54,364 nt of DNA. It comes from an uncultured bacterium. GTDB taxonomy: Bacteria; CSSED10-310; CAZUFC01. The notes beneath the pieces are model-generated. The model was not told the origin of the DNA. It did no database searches and saw nothing but the letters and a program-made list of their open reading frames with translations. Positions 27,595-37,501 of this stretch are shown piece after piece. The stretch's first letter is position 1. Each line of letters begins with the position of its first letter. The stretch spans positions 1 to 54,364 of the forward strand of contig CAZUFC010000053.1 in the NCBI GenBank assembly GCA_964619725.1. Direction: 5' to 3'. A program made the translations under genes and the position numbers.

Positions 27595-28362
27595 ATGGAA
27601 TATGAAATATTACTGACCGAAGAGACAGAGGGAATCCTGACGGTTACCATTAATCGTCCGAAAGCGATGAACGCTTTGAATACTCAGTTTTTTCGCGAGA
27701 TGGATGCCCTTCTGTCGGAAGTGGAAGGTCGTGACGATCTTAAGGCGATGATAATTACCGGCGCGGGTAAAGCCTTTGTAGCAGGAGCGGATATAGCGGA
27801 AATGTCGGAAATGACGCCGGAGAAGGCTGCTGAATTTTCGCGTAAGGGGCAGAAAACGTTGGACAGGTTTGAAGCATTGAGAATACCTGTAATAGCTGCG
27901 GTGAACGGTTTTGCGTTGGGCGGCGGTTGTGAGTTGTCGATGGCCTGCGATATGCGCATAGCGAGTTCAAAGGCCAAATTCGGACAACCTGAAGTCAATC
28001 TGGGACTGACGCCCGGTTATGCCGGAACGCAACGCCTGCCGAGACTCGTCGGCCTCGGCGATGCTTTGCATATGCTGTTGACCGGCGACATGATAGGGGC
28101 TGAGGAAGCGCTCAGAATAGGCCTGGTTCAGAAGGTCGTCGAACCGGAGGAATTATTGCCGGCTGCGCAAAAAACGGCTAAAACCATCGCTTCCAAAGGA
28201 CCGAAAGCTGTCCAGCATGTCAAGCTGCTGGCGCGACAGGGGCTGATGTCTGATTTCCAAAAAGGGTGCGAGATGGAATCTGAAAAATTCGGTTCCCTTT
28301 TTAAAGATGAGGGCATTGAAGGCATGCGCGCGTTTTTGGAAAAACGGAAACCCAACTGGTAA
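27595..28362 (+). CDS. crt: Enoyl-CoA hydratase (crotonase)
   Basis: FVAGADI, GGGCEL, GQPEVNLG; both catalytic Glu present. Confidence 0.88.
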   Translation: MEYEILLTEETEGILTVTINRPKAMNALNTQFFREMDALLSEVEGRDDLKAMIITGAGKAFVAGADIAEMSEMTPEKAAEFSRKGQKTLDRFEALRIPVIAAVNGFALGGGCELSMACDMRIASSKAKFGQPEVNLGLTPGYAGTQRLPRLVGLGDALHMLLTGDMIGAEEALRIGLVQKVVEPEELLPAAQKTAKTIASKGPKAVQHVKLLARQGLMSDFQKGCEMESEKFGSLFKDEGIEGMRAFLEKRKPNW

Positions 28363-28405
28363 ATCATAATTGCAATTACTTTCATGGGTAAAAGGAGAAA
28401 CTTCT

Positions 28406-29743
28406 ATGAATTATGCAGAAAAATTGGAGAATGTGGCGGTGCTGGGAGCCGCCGGAAAAATGGGCAGCGGTATCGTTCTGCTTACCGCCATGGAGCTGAC
28501 TGATTTAAGCTACCAGCCTGAAAACGAATCCAGGGAATTCGCTGTGAACGCTATCGACGTTTCGGAAAGTGCGCTCACAGGTTTGATGAAATACCTGCAT
28601 GCTCAAGTTAAAAGAGCCGCAGAGAAAAAGACGGTATGGTTAAGGAAATTATACGAGAACAGGGACGATCTGGTTGAGAACCATGAGATGATCGACCAGT
28701 ACATAAACGACGTATTGGCGATAGTAAGGCCGTCGACGCGACTTGAAAACGCTTTTCAGTCGGGGCTGGTTTTCGAGGCCATAAATGAGAACCTGGACCT
28801 TAAAGTAAAGCTTCTTTCCAAGATAAATGAAAACTCTGACAAGGAGATATGGGTCTTTACGAATACTTCTTCCATACCCATAACGGAGCTTGACGATAAG
28901 GTCGGATTGGACGGCAGGGCGCTGGGCGTTCATTTTTATAATCCTCCTGCGGTGCAGAAGCTTGTCGAACTGATATCGGGTCATAAGACCAGGCAGGACC
29001 TGATAGATTTTGCCGAGACTTACGCGAAGAAACTCCGTAAGACCATAGTGCCGGCCAACGACGTGGCGGGTTTCATAGGCAACGGTCATTTTATGAGGGA
29101 CATTCTGCATGCGGTTTCGGAAGTGGAGCGACTATCAGGGGAGTATTCATTCCCGGAAGCCGTTTATATGATCAACAAGGTAAGTCAGGAGTTTTTAATT
29201 CGTCCGATGGGCATATTCCAACTGACGGATTATGTGGGCGTGGACGTTTGTCAGTGTATCCTCGAAGTAATGAATGAAAGAATACATGATGAGGACCTTC
29301 ACAGTTCGCTTATCGACAAAATGATGGAAATGGGTATCAAAGGCGGTCAATATTCGAGCGGCGCTCAGAAGGACGGTTTTCTGAAATATGAGAAGGGAAG
29401 ACCGCAGGGAGTGTATGACCTGGAGAAGGGAGAATATGCAGCTTTTTCCGATCTGGCGCCGAAATGTGATAAGGTATTGGGGCCGCTGCCGGAAGCGGCT
29501 TTACCCTGGAAGCTTATGCTGATGAACCCTGACAAGAATGAAGTCCTGGAGAAACATTTCGCTCAGATGAAAGAAATGGACACCTTGGGAGCTAAGCTGG
29601 CGATGAAATACGGCAGAAGGTCATGCGAAATAGGCAAAAAGCTGGTAGCGGACAATGTGGCGGCCAATAAGGAAGACGTAAACAAAGTATTACTGACGGG
29701 CTTCTATCATGTATATGGCCCGATCAATCATTACTTCTCATAA
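28406..29743 (+). CDS. 3-hydroxyacyl-CoA dehydrogenase family protein (extended form)
   Basis: GAAGKMGSG Rossmann motif, FEAINENLDLK, TNTSS, HFYNPP, GFIGN, PMGIFQLTDYVG. Confidence 0.85.
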   Translation: MNYAEKLENVAVLGAAGKMGSGIVLLTAMELTDLSYQPENESREFAVNAIDVSESALTGLMKYLHAQVKRAAEKKTVWLRKLYENRDDLVENHEMIDQYINDVLAIVRPSTRLENAFQSGLVFEAINENLDLKVKLLSKINENSDKEIWVFTNTSSIPITELDDKVGLDGRALGVHFYNPPAVQKLVELISGHKTRQDLIDFAETYAKKLRKTIVPANDVAGFIGNGHFMRDILHAVSEVERLSGEYSFPEAVYMINKVSQEFLIRPMGIFQLTDYVGVDVCQCILEVMNERIHDEDLHSSLIDKMMEMGIKGGQYSSGAQKDGFLKYEKGRPQGVYDLEKGEYAAFSDLAPKCDKVLGPLPEAALPWKLMLMNPDKNEVLEKHFAQMKEMDTLGAKLAMKYGRRSCEIGKKLVADNVAANKEDVNKVLLTGFYHVYGPINHYFS

Positions 29744-29754
29744 GAGGTGTAAAA

Positions 29755-30996
29755 ATGAAGAAGCGTAAAATTTACATGACTGCCGGATACAACACCATTT
29801 CGCTTGGTTCCGGCAGAAAGGAATTTCGTCCGAAAGACCCCAGGCCAGGACTGGAAAAGTATATTAACGAATCAGGAAAAGCAGTCCTTGAAAAAATCGG
29901 CGGCGCGGAAAAAGTTGATGAAGGAGTGATAGGAAACTTTATGGCGGCCCGTTTCAACCGGCAGGGTAACCTGGCCGCTTTTATTCCCGCTATTGATGAA
30001 GGCTTGAAATGGAAGCCCTGTACCCGTGTGGAAGGCGCCTGCGCTTCCGGCGGATTAGCTCTTACTGCTTCCATGAAATCGATCCTGGCAGAAACCGCAG
30101 AGGTTGTCCTTACGATAGGCGTTGAAGTTCAGAACACGGTCAAAGCGATTTACGGCGCTGATATTCTGGCCGGCGCCGGCTGGTACATGGGTGAAAGAAA
30201 AAAGGGTCACGCCTATTTCTTCCCTTCTCAATTCAGCGACAGGGCCGGAGCGTATTTCGAGAAATTCGGCCGCGACAGATCACGGAAAGCTTTTGCTCGA
30301 TGGTATCGCAACGCTGTAGAAAACGCCAGGCTTTGTGAAACGGCCCAGGAACACCACAACCGTATTCCTGATCTTGAAAAAACAGCCATGATGGAACCCA
30401 ATCCCAAAGTTTTCGTGGACAATTTAAACGTTTTCGACTGCTCAAAAGTTTCCGATGCCGGTTCAGCCATCGCTATTGTATCTGAAGAAGGTCTGGCCCG
30501 AATTGGCGTTCCCAAGGACCAGGCCATCGAAGTGTGCGGATGGGGACAGGTTGAAGCCGATATCACTCATCCTCCCGACGACTTGACTCAACTGGAAACA
30601 ACCAGAAGAGCCGTACAAAAAGCGCTGGAGATGGCCGGCATTACCAAAAATGATCTGGGTACCGTTGAATGCCACGATTGTTTCACGATATCAGGTATCC
30701 TTTCCACCGAAGCCATTGGATTAGCTGAACAAGGCCAGGGGCCGGATTACGTCTCAGCAGGAAATACAGCCAGGGACGGCGAAGTCCCGTTCAATACCTC
30801 CGGAGGCCTGATAGGTTGGGGACATCCCACAGGAGGCACAGGCGTAAGACAGGCCGTCACTATCTGGGAGCAACTGACCGGAAATGCCGGAGAATGGCAA
30901 ATAGATATACCCCCGGACAGACCTTACGGATTGTCCATCAACATGGGCGGAAACGATAAAACCGTCGTTGCCGTCGTTTATAAAAAAGCAGAATAA
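29755..30996 (+). CDS. SCP2-type thiolase
   Basis: VEGACASGG, HDCF, GHPTGGTG, NMGGNDKT (no C-terminal CxG). Confidence 0.85.
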   Translation: MKKRKIYMTAGYNTISLGSGRKEFRPKDPRPGLEKYINESGKAVLEKIGGAEKVDEGVIGNFMAARFNRQGNLAAFIPAIDEGLKWKPCTRVEGACASGGLALTASMKSILAETAEVVLTIGVEVQNTVKAIYGADILAGAGWYMGERKKGHAYFFPSQFSDRAGAYFEKFGRDRSRKAFARWYRNAVENARLCETAQEHHNRIPDLEKTAMMEPNPKVFVDNLNVFDCSKVSDAGSAIAIVSEEGLARIGVPKDQAIEVCGWGQVEADITHPPDDLTQLETTRRAVQKALEMAGITKNDLGTVECHDCFTISGILSTEAIGLAEQGQGPDYVSAGNTARDGEVPFNTSGGLIGWGHPTGGTGVRQAVTIWEQLTGNAGEWQIDIPPDRPYGLSINMGGNDKTVVAVVYKKAE

Positions 30997-31022
30997 TACG
31001 CCTGTATAAAATCAGTTAAACA

Positions 31023-31067
31023 GCGCTTCAGCCGATCAAACTTTATGATGTTTGATCCGCTGAAGCG
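31023..31067 (+). terminator. Long hairpin at the end of the thiolase operon
   Basis: CGCTTCAGCCGATCAAAC-N8-GTTTGATCCGCTGAAGCG, 17/18 paired; no clear U-tract. Confidence 0.55.
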
Positions 31068-31404
31068 ACTGATTCTCAATCTTCAAAAGGGCGCGAAATC
31101 CTGACTCCCGACAAAAAACGGAAGTATGGATTTCCGGGAAAAACGAACTCAGGGAAATAATGAAAATTGAGCGAATTGCCGATCTCCTTTGATGAATTTT
31201 ATTTGGACTTTTTCGTTTCCGAGACTTTTATAATCGGGCGACATATGTATTATTTCTCCTTATCGCTGCGTTTTTTTTGCAGAAAGTTTTTCATCCTGAT
31301 GATTTTAATCAGAGACAGAAGTAAAAGGATGAACAATAAGTTGAATGACTTTCGAAAGAAATTAAATGCGATGAATTGCCAACACTGATTGACTCTTGAA
31401 AGAT

Positions 31405-32312
31405 TCATTCATTATTGAAGCAGTGAATATTCGCTGAATAGACTAATTTCACCAGGATCAGTGAGTATGCCAAGGAGTCGAGAAGAATTTCAATGCCGTG
31501 GATGATAAGAAGTTCGGCCGGCAATTGATATGCGAGAATGATGTCGTATGCGTAAACCATGACGAAGTGAGCGGCGGTCAGAGAGAGAATCAACCGGCGG
31601 CGGCTTCCCTTCCATAGAATGAAGATCGGAATAGTGAATATCAAAAAAAGCGAGCTTCGCAATAACTGAACGGTGACAATCATTCCCGGCCCCGGAAGAG
31701 ACAACCCGTGAGCGCCTTCGCTGTAAATATCTGCAACGAAAGGGGAGACGAGCAGTCCGAAAAAGAAATAAACAAGAGGAAATGAGAGTAATGCAGCCGG
31801 CAATATCCAGTACCATTCTTTTAACGGTGCAATCTGAAAGAAATCAGTGCTTTTTGCTCCAATACGGAATTTTCATACGGAGATTTGATCAAGGATGCCG
31901 CTAAAAGGGATACCAGTAAAACAGGAAAAACGAAAATCATGATCATCAAATCATATCCCTCGTAGCTGGAATAAATCGCGCTTTCGACGGAAACGCTTAT
32001 GCCGAAACAGGCGTAAAGAAAGCCGAATATTGTTGAAAAACGAGTAATGAATCTCCCGCCGATTTTCATAAACAAAGGAAATACGCCCGCGGTCAACAGG
32101 AAGCTGCCGACCAGCAGATAGTACGCTGCCGCGGATTCATCAGCCTGCCGAGGCATGCGAGGCGGGACCACGCCGATTGAATGAAACAACAGCCGGCTAA
32201 TAACCAGTCCGGATGCGAAGATCAGAGAACACAGAAGAATTCGCAGCAAATAACTTAGAAATAACTTGACCCGGATCACCAAAATTTCCTTCCCCAAAAG
32301 CTTGGAAAACAT
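31405..32312 (-). pseudogene. Multi-pass membrane protein split by a frameshift
   Basis: Two hydrophobic ORFs (31821-32312 and 31405-31803). The downstream frame is open across the junction (KSTDFFQIAPLKEWYWILPAA) back to an A5 run near 31851-31855. Confidence 0.6.
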
Positions 32313-32575
32313 GAGCGCGCGACGCAGGACGAAGAAAAAAAGCCTGAAAAAAATTTAACAGATAATAGCAGAGCATTCAAACAGAAAGGGGATAAAAGAA
32401 GTCAATAAAAAAGTCAGCGCCCTTCTGCATTCAGTTTAAATGTCGATGAGTCAGACGGCAAGATCATTTACGGTGAAAGCGCTGCAGAGGAGGGGATTTG
32501 TGTGATTCATGTCAATGAAACGAAGTTGTTTAATGAGAGAAAAGTATTACTTATGAGCAAAAACTTTATTTTTTC

Positions 32576-32610
32576 TTGACAACGCTTGCCTTTTTGGTTA
32601 AATTGCCAAA
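32576..32610 (+). promoter_or_regulatory. sigma70 promoter overlapped by a putative ArsR operator
   Basis: TTGACA-N17-TAAATT; palindrome TTTGG-N8-CCAAA over the -10. Confidence 0.65.
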
Positions 32611-32626
32611 TGAGTCTGGAGGAACT

Positions 32627-32947
32627 ATGGATAGCAAAACCAGAGAAAAGTTTGAATCAAGAGCCAGAATAATTAAAGCCATGGGGCATCCGACCCGTCT
32701 TTTCATCGTTGATCAACTGTCCAGGAGCGAGCGTTGCGTTTGCGAACTGACGGAAATGATCGGAGCTGATGTGTCCACGGTTTCCAAACATCTCTCCGTT
32801 CTTAAAAATGCCGGAATTGTTCAGAATGAAAAACGCGGATCACAGGTGTTTTATAAGCTGACAGTTCCTTGTGTTCTCAATTTTTTTGATTGCGTTGAAT
32901 CAGTGTTGAAAGCAGGGCTGGAAAAACAGATGGAATTAATGGAATAA
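32627..32947 (+). CDS. arsR: ArsR/SmtB family repressor
   Basis: KAMGHPTRL, ERCVCEL, STVSKHLSVLK; GGAGG RBS. Confidence 0.9.
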   Translation: MDSKTREKFESRARIIKAMGHPTRLFIVDQLSRSERCVCELTEMIGADVSTVSKHLSVLKNAGIVQNEKRGSQVFYKLTVPCVLNFFDCVESVLKAGLEKQMELME

Positions 32948-32962
32948 TTTTTTGCAGGAACA

Positions 32963-32979
32963 ATTGGCTATTTTACCAA
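32963..32979 (+). promoter_or_regulatory. Second putative ArsR operator
   Basis: TTGGCTATTTTACCAAA resembles TTGGTTAAATTGCCAAA upstream of arsR. Confidence 0.5.
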
Positions 32980-33019
32980 AAAAGCATGAATTGAATAAGT
33001 AGTGAAAAAGGAGAGTCAG

Positions 33020-34321
33020 ATGGACAAGAGAAAGGAATGGAAAAAACTTTTGTTTATGGTATCAGTTTTTTTAATTTGTTTTTATCTGCCGGTTGGGAAA
33101 GACCGTTTTGATAATGCCGTTCTGGAATCGCTTCAACTCGTCAAATGGTATGCTCAGGAACATGTGCTGTTATGTCTGATACCAGCATTTTTTATAGCAG
33201 GAGCCATAGCAGTATTCATCAGTCAGTCTTCAGTGATGAAGTATCTTGGAGCTTCAGCAAGCAAGGTTCTAGCGTACGGCACGGCATCGGTATCCGGCAG
33301 CATTCTGGCGGTCTGCTCCTGCACCGTTTTGCCGCTGTTTGCGGGGATATACAAGATGGGCGCCGGATTGGGGCCTGCAACGGCTTTTCTGTATTGCGGT
33401 CCGGCCATAAACGTTCTGGCAATTCTTCTGACGGCCCGCGTGCTGGGTCCGGCTCTTGGGATAGGAAGAGCAGTCGGGGCGATATTATTCAGTATTGTAA
33501 TAGGATTGATGATGCACTTCATTTTCCGGAAAGAGGAAGTGGAAAAAGCCGTTCATCAGGCAGCCATGCCGGAACCTGAAGTAAGCCGACCTCTCTGGCA
33601 AAATGCGTTTTTTTTCGCTGTAATGATCGGTATTCTAGTATTTGCCAACTGGGGGAAGCCTGATCAATCAACGGGAATATGGTATGCAATATATGCCTCA
33701 AAATGGTTCATCACGTCATTTTTTTCAGCGGCGCTGGCGCTAGTGCTCGTGTTATGGTTTCAGTTCAAGCTGCATCATGTTTTAGCCGCAGCAGTTCCTC
33801 CTGTATTGTCGGCAATAATTTTCCCTGAGAATCCAATGATTGCCTTTGTCGCGGGGATTATTGCGTTATCCATAATTACAAATTTGAACGAAGGTGAATC
33901 TAAAGAATGGTTTTCATCTTCGTGGGAATTTGCCAAACAAATTTTACCTCTCTTATTCTGGGGTGTTCTGGTTGCTGGAGTGCTGTTAGGCAGACCGGGA
34001 ACAGAGGGGCTTATTCCTTCGGAATGGGTGAGCAGAGCTGTCGGCGGAAATTCTGCGGCAGCCAACCTGTTTGCATCCTTTGCAGGAGCATTCATGTATT
34101 TTGCCACTCTGACAGAAGTTCCCATTCTTGAAGGTTTAATCGGCAACGGCATGGGAAATGGTCCCGCTCTGGCACTGCTGCTTGCCGGACCTGCATTATC
34201 ACTTCCAAACATGCTGGTCATTCATAGTGTGATGGGGACAAAGAAAACCGTTGTATTTGTATTCTTAGTGGTCATTATGGCGACGATAAGCGGATTAATA
34301 TTTGGATCAATCATTAAATAG
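33020..34321 (+). CDS. DUF318/ArsP-family permease
   Basis: EHVLLCLIPAFFIAGAI, LAVCSCTVLPLF, GPAINVLA, MYFATLTEVP, GPALSLP. Confidence 0.85.
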   Translation: MDKRKEWKKLLFMVSVFLICFYLPVGKDRFDNAVLESLQLVKWYAQEHVLLCLIPAFFIAGAIAVFISQSSVMKYLGASASKVLAYGTASVSGSILAVCSCTVLPLFAGIYKMGAGLGPATAFLYCGPAINVLAILLTARVLGPALGIGRAVGAILFSIVIGLMMHFIFRKEEVEKAVHQAAMPEPEVSRPLWQNAFFFAVMIGILVFANWGKPDQSTGIWYAIYASKWFITSFFSAALALVLVLWFQFKLHHVLAAAVPPVLSAIIFPENPMIAFVAGIIALSIITNLNEGESKEWFSSSWEFAKQILPLLFWGVLVAGVLLGRPGTEGLIPSEWVSRAVGGNSAAANLFASFAGAFMYFATLTEVPILEGLIGNGMGNGPALALLLAGPALSLPNMLVIHSVMGTKKTVVFVFLVVIMATISGLIFGSIIK

Positions 34322-34333
34322 GAGGAAATTAGT

Positions 34334-34567
34334 ATGAAGAAAATCCAGATTCTGGGAACAGGTTGTCCCAAGTGTAAAAAAATGGAAGAGGCGGCGGATC
34401 AGGCTGCAAAGGAATTAGGCATCGAATACGAACTTCAGAAGGTGACTGACATCACCGACATAATGTCGTTTGGCGTTATGATGACGCCTGCACTGGTTGT
34501 AGACGGCGAGGTAAAAGTTGCCGGCAAAGTACCGAAGTACGAAGAACTTAAAAACATGATCAAATAA
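34334..34567 (+). CDS. Small redox-active disulfide (thioredoxin-like) protein, ArsE-like
   Basis: IQILGTGCPKC, GVMMTPALVVDG. Confidence 0.88.
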   Translation: MKKIQILGTGCPKCKKMEEAADQAAKELGIEYELQKVTDITDIMSFGVMMTPALVVDGEVKVAGKVPKYEELKNMIK

Positions 34568-34579
34568 TGGAGGAATGCC

Positions 34580-35044
34580 GTGAAAAATCAGAATTTTTTA
34601 ATCCTGTTGATATTTGCTGTAATGATTATTGTGCCTTTTCAGCTTTACGCTGATGAGACGATTACGAAATCCGAAGCTGATAAGCCCGCAAAGATAGACA
34701 ATTCATCAACGATATCAGTAAAAGCCTATTATTTTCATGGAGCCCGTCGATGTAAAACTTGCCTCGCTCTCGAATCAAATGCGAAGAAAGCGCTGGAAAC
34801 CTTTTTTCCCGAAGAAATGGACCAGAGAATTATAGCCTGGCAGGCTGTCAATACCGATCAGAAGGAGAATAAGCATTTCGAGAAGGAGTATGATTTGATG
34901 TTCAGTTCTCTGATTTTTGCGAAATATAAAGGAGATAAACAGGTTGAGTGGAAAAATTTGCACAAAGTCTGGCAATTAGTCCGGGATGAATCCGCTTTTG
35001 AGGAATATGTGCAAAAAGAGATGAAGGCCTATCTGGAGAATTAA
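34580..35044 (+). CDS. Exported thioredoxin-fold protein, ArsF-like
   Basis: Signal peptide, YYFHGARRCKTC, EWKNLHKVW. Confidence 0.75.
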   Translation: MKNQNFLILLIFAVMIIVPFQLYADETITKSEADKPAKIDNSSTISVKAYYFHGARRCKTCLALESNAKKALETFFPEEMDQRIIAWQAVNTDQKENKHFEKEYDLMFSSLIFAKYKGDKQVEWKNLHKVWQLVRDESAFEEYVQKEMKAYLEN

Positions 35045-35725
35045 ATGGACGAATTGATCGTATCCGCATCTTCGGCTTTATGGCTTGGGATACTGACTTC
35101 TGTCAGCCCCTGCCCGATGGCGACAAACATCGCGGGGATATCCTATATAGGAAAGCGAATTCAAAGTCCTGCCCTCGTGTTTTTAACCGGTCTTTTGTAT
35201 ACTGCCGGACGGACTGCAGCATATCTTGGTCTGAGCGTATTGCTTGTATCAAGCGTTTTGTCGACACCTGTGCTGGCGAGGTTTGTGCAGCAATACATGA
35301 ATAAAATCCTTGGTCCGGTATTGATTATTACCGGCTTGTTTCTTCTGGAGGTTCTGAAATTATCGCTGCCGGGATTGAACGTCGGTACGCGAATGCACGA
35401 AAAAGCTGATAAATGGGGTATCTGGGGAGCTCTGCCGCTGGGCATTCTCTTTGCTTTGGCATTCTGCCCGGTTTCTGCGGCCCTGTTCTTCGGCAGCTTG
35501 CTGCCGCTTGCTTTGAAGAACGGTTCAGGAATAATCATACCTTCTTTGTACGGTATCGGTACGGCATTGCCGGTGTTTGCTTTTGCTGTATTGATCGCTC
35601 TGGGCGCCCGCAGCATTGGAAATGTGTTCAACAAAATCACCCAGATAGAAAAATGGGCAAGACGAATAACAGGCATCATATTTATTTGTGTCGGGATATA
35701 TTTTTGTTTTGTCTATATCTTTTGA
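35045..35725 (+). CDS. CcdA/DsbD-like membrane protein, ArsG-like
   Basis: LGILTSVSPCPMATN, LAFCPVSAALFFG. Confidence 0.8.
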   Translation: MDELIVSASSALWLGILTSVSPCPMATNIAGISYIGKRIQSPALVFLTGLLYTAGRTAAYLGLSVLLVSSVLSTPVLARFVQQYMNKILGPVLIITGLFLLEVLKLSLPGLNVGTRMHEKADKWGIWGALPLGILFALAFCPVSAALFFGSLLPLALKNGSGIIIPSLYGIGTALPVFAFAVLIALGARSIGNVFNKITQIEKWARRITGIIFICVGIYFCFVYIF

Positions 35726-35756
35726 CTCAGATGAATTTTGTGAGGAGGAAAAGAAT

Positions 35757-36080
35757 ATGAGAATGTTGGCAGAGTTTTTCCCGGAGTTTACCGATATGCT
35801 CGACTCAATGGATGAGCTTTATGCCGCAAAACGAATGATAGATGAAAAGACATATCAATTTATTTGCTATGCTCTTTCGATAAAATCCCGATCCAAGCCA
35901 TGCGTACTGAAACATTTCCAGGGAGCGCTGGAGGCAGGAGCCACAGTAAAGGAGTTAGCTTATATCCTGGCGCTCGTTATGCGGGAAGCCGCCGGGGCTG
36001 ATGATTGCTGGACACAAGATGTTATCGGAGACTGGAAGGAGATTCTCGAGGGTAAAATCAAATGCGAATGTGAAAAATAG
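35757..36080 (+). CDS. Carboxymuconolactone decarboxylase/AhpD-like protein
   Basis: IDEKTYQFIC..SIK...PCVLKH..ALEAGAT..EL; GAGGAGG RBS. Confidence 0.75.
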   Translation: MRMLAEFFPEFTDMLDSMDELYAAKRMIDEKTYQFICYALSIKSRSKPCVLKHFQGALEAGATVKELAYILALVMREAAGADDCWTQDVIGDWKEILEGKIKCECEK

Positions 36081-36182
36081 ATTTGACTCGTTTCTGTATA
36101 GAAACTCTCAGCGCCTGTCCCGTATTAAAATTTTATTAAGGAATCAATGAACTTGGCTGCATGAATACATGAAGCATTTCTG

Positions 36183-37487
36183 CTATGGATTAAGCTGGTC
36201 CCATTGGTCTTTGCGCAGCCGCCAGGGGTCGCCGTTGCAGTAATTATACATCAGATTATCGCTGTCTGCAGGTTTATGATGGAGTCCGTTGCCGTGGCCG
36301 AGTTCGTGGCAGACGACCTGGGACATATTGCATGTGCCGGTGCATTGACCCACGTGGACATAGCCGTAACGCTGGTTGAAGTTCATGAATCCGCAGGAGC
36401 CGTCGCTGGGGTTGTCGACGAAGAAGATATTATGGTCTTTAGTATCGTCTTTGCACTCATCTCTTACAACCTGCATTTCTACCGACATCCAGGTGTTCAC
36501 GTCAATCTTGCCGTCGAGGTCCAGATCGAAATTGACGGTTTTGGCCGGTAATCGGGTCAATGTCCAGGACCAGACCGCCTGTCCATAGACTTTTTCCAGT
36601 TTGGCCGTAATGGCGGCATCGCCGAGGTTCGTACTCATAATGTCCGTTGAGTTGGCGGCGGTATTGCAAATTCCGTCCGCTCCGGTATCTATATCTTCTC
36701 CGCTAACGGAGTCGTCGCCGCTGGTCTTGGTATCCCGTTTTCCGTTCGTGCCTTTTCCGACGCATTTTTCGCCCGATTTACCTTTGCCGGAAGCGATTAC
36801 CTGAACGTCATCTCCGGATTTTGTCGTATTGCAGATTCCATCTGCTCCGGTGTGAATAGTAGTGCCGGAAACGGCATCATCACCGGCCGGCGTGGTATCC
36901 AGTGTTCCATTCGTGCCCGCAGTTATGGCGGTCTGGTTCGGTTTGCCCTGTCCTACCGGAATAACCTGAGTGTCGTCGTTATCTTCATGCACCAGCCGCA
37001 CAGCAAGCGTTTCGGTCAGCTCGTCATAGGCCGCGCCTTTCATTTTACCGGTTGTCGGCCCTGATTCTTTGCCGCCGTTGGCCTGTATTTCTGAAGTTCC
37101 TTTGGCTACCCCCGTCAAAGTGACTGTTTGCGGAGAGCCTCCGGCCTGGGTGGGAGAAACCGTGATTTTACCCGTGGCAGTCGATTTAAAAAAGATTTTA
37201 TTGGCTACGGCGGCAGGCTTGATTTCCGCCGTCACAGGATCATTACCGCCTGTTTTGACTGATTTCCACGGTACGTCGGGATTAGTAAAATCGTCATAAC
37301 CGTAATCCTGGCTCGTATCCTCCTTGTATTCGGTTTTGACCAGAGCGCCGTCTATCGATTTGCTCGTCGCCTTTTCAGCAGCTACGTCAACCTTGAAAGC
37401 GAATAACATCATCAGGAAAACCAGGAATCCGGGAAATACAATGCGGTTCAATGCCTTATGCGCGTTTTTCAATTGTCTCATACTCAT
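36183..37487 (-). CDS. Secreted metzincin-type zinc metalloprotease with internal G.DG.C.T...GDD repeats
   Basis: Signal peptide; HELGHGNGLHH + NLMY Met-turn; AGGAGG RBS before ATG 37487. Confidence 0.75.
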   Translation of the reverse strand: MSMRQLKNAHKALNRIVFPGFLVFLMMLFAFKVDVAAEKATSKSIDGALVKTEYKEDTSQDYGYDDFTNPDVPWKSVKTGGNDPVTAEIKPAAVANKIFFKSTATGKITVSPTQAGGSPQTVTLTGVAKGTSEIQANGGKESGPTTGKMKGAAYDELTETLAVRLVHEDNDDTQVIPVGQGKPNQTAITAGTNGTLDTTPAGDDAVSGTTIHTGADGICNTTKSGDDVQVIASGKGKSGEKCVGKGTNGKRDTKTSGDDSVSGEDIDTGADGICNTAANSTDIMSTNLGDAAITAKLEKVYGQAVWSWTLTRLPAKTVNFDLDLDGKIDVNTWMSVEMQVVRDECKDDTKDHNIFFVDNPSDGSCGFMNFNQRYGYVHVGQCTGTCNMSQVVCHELGHGNGLHHKPADSDNLMYNYCNGDPWRLRKDQWDQLNP

Positions 37488-37501
37488 CCTAATCCCTCCT
37501 T

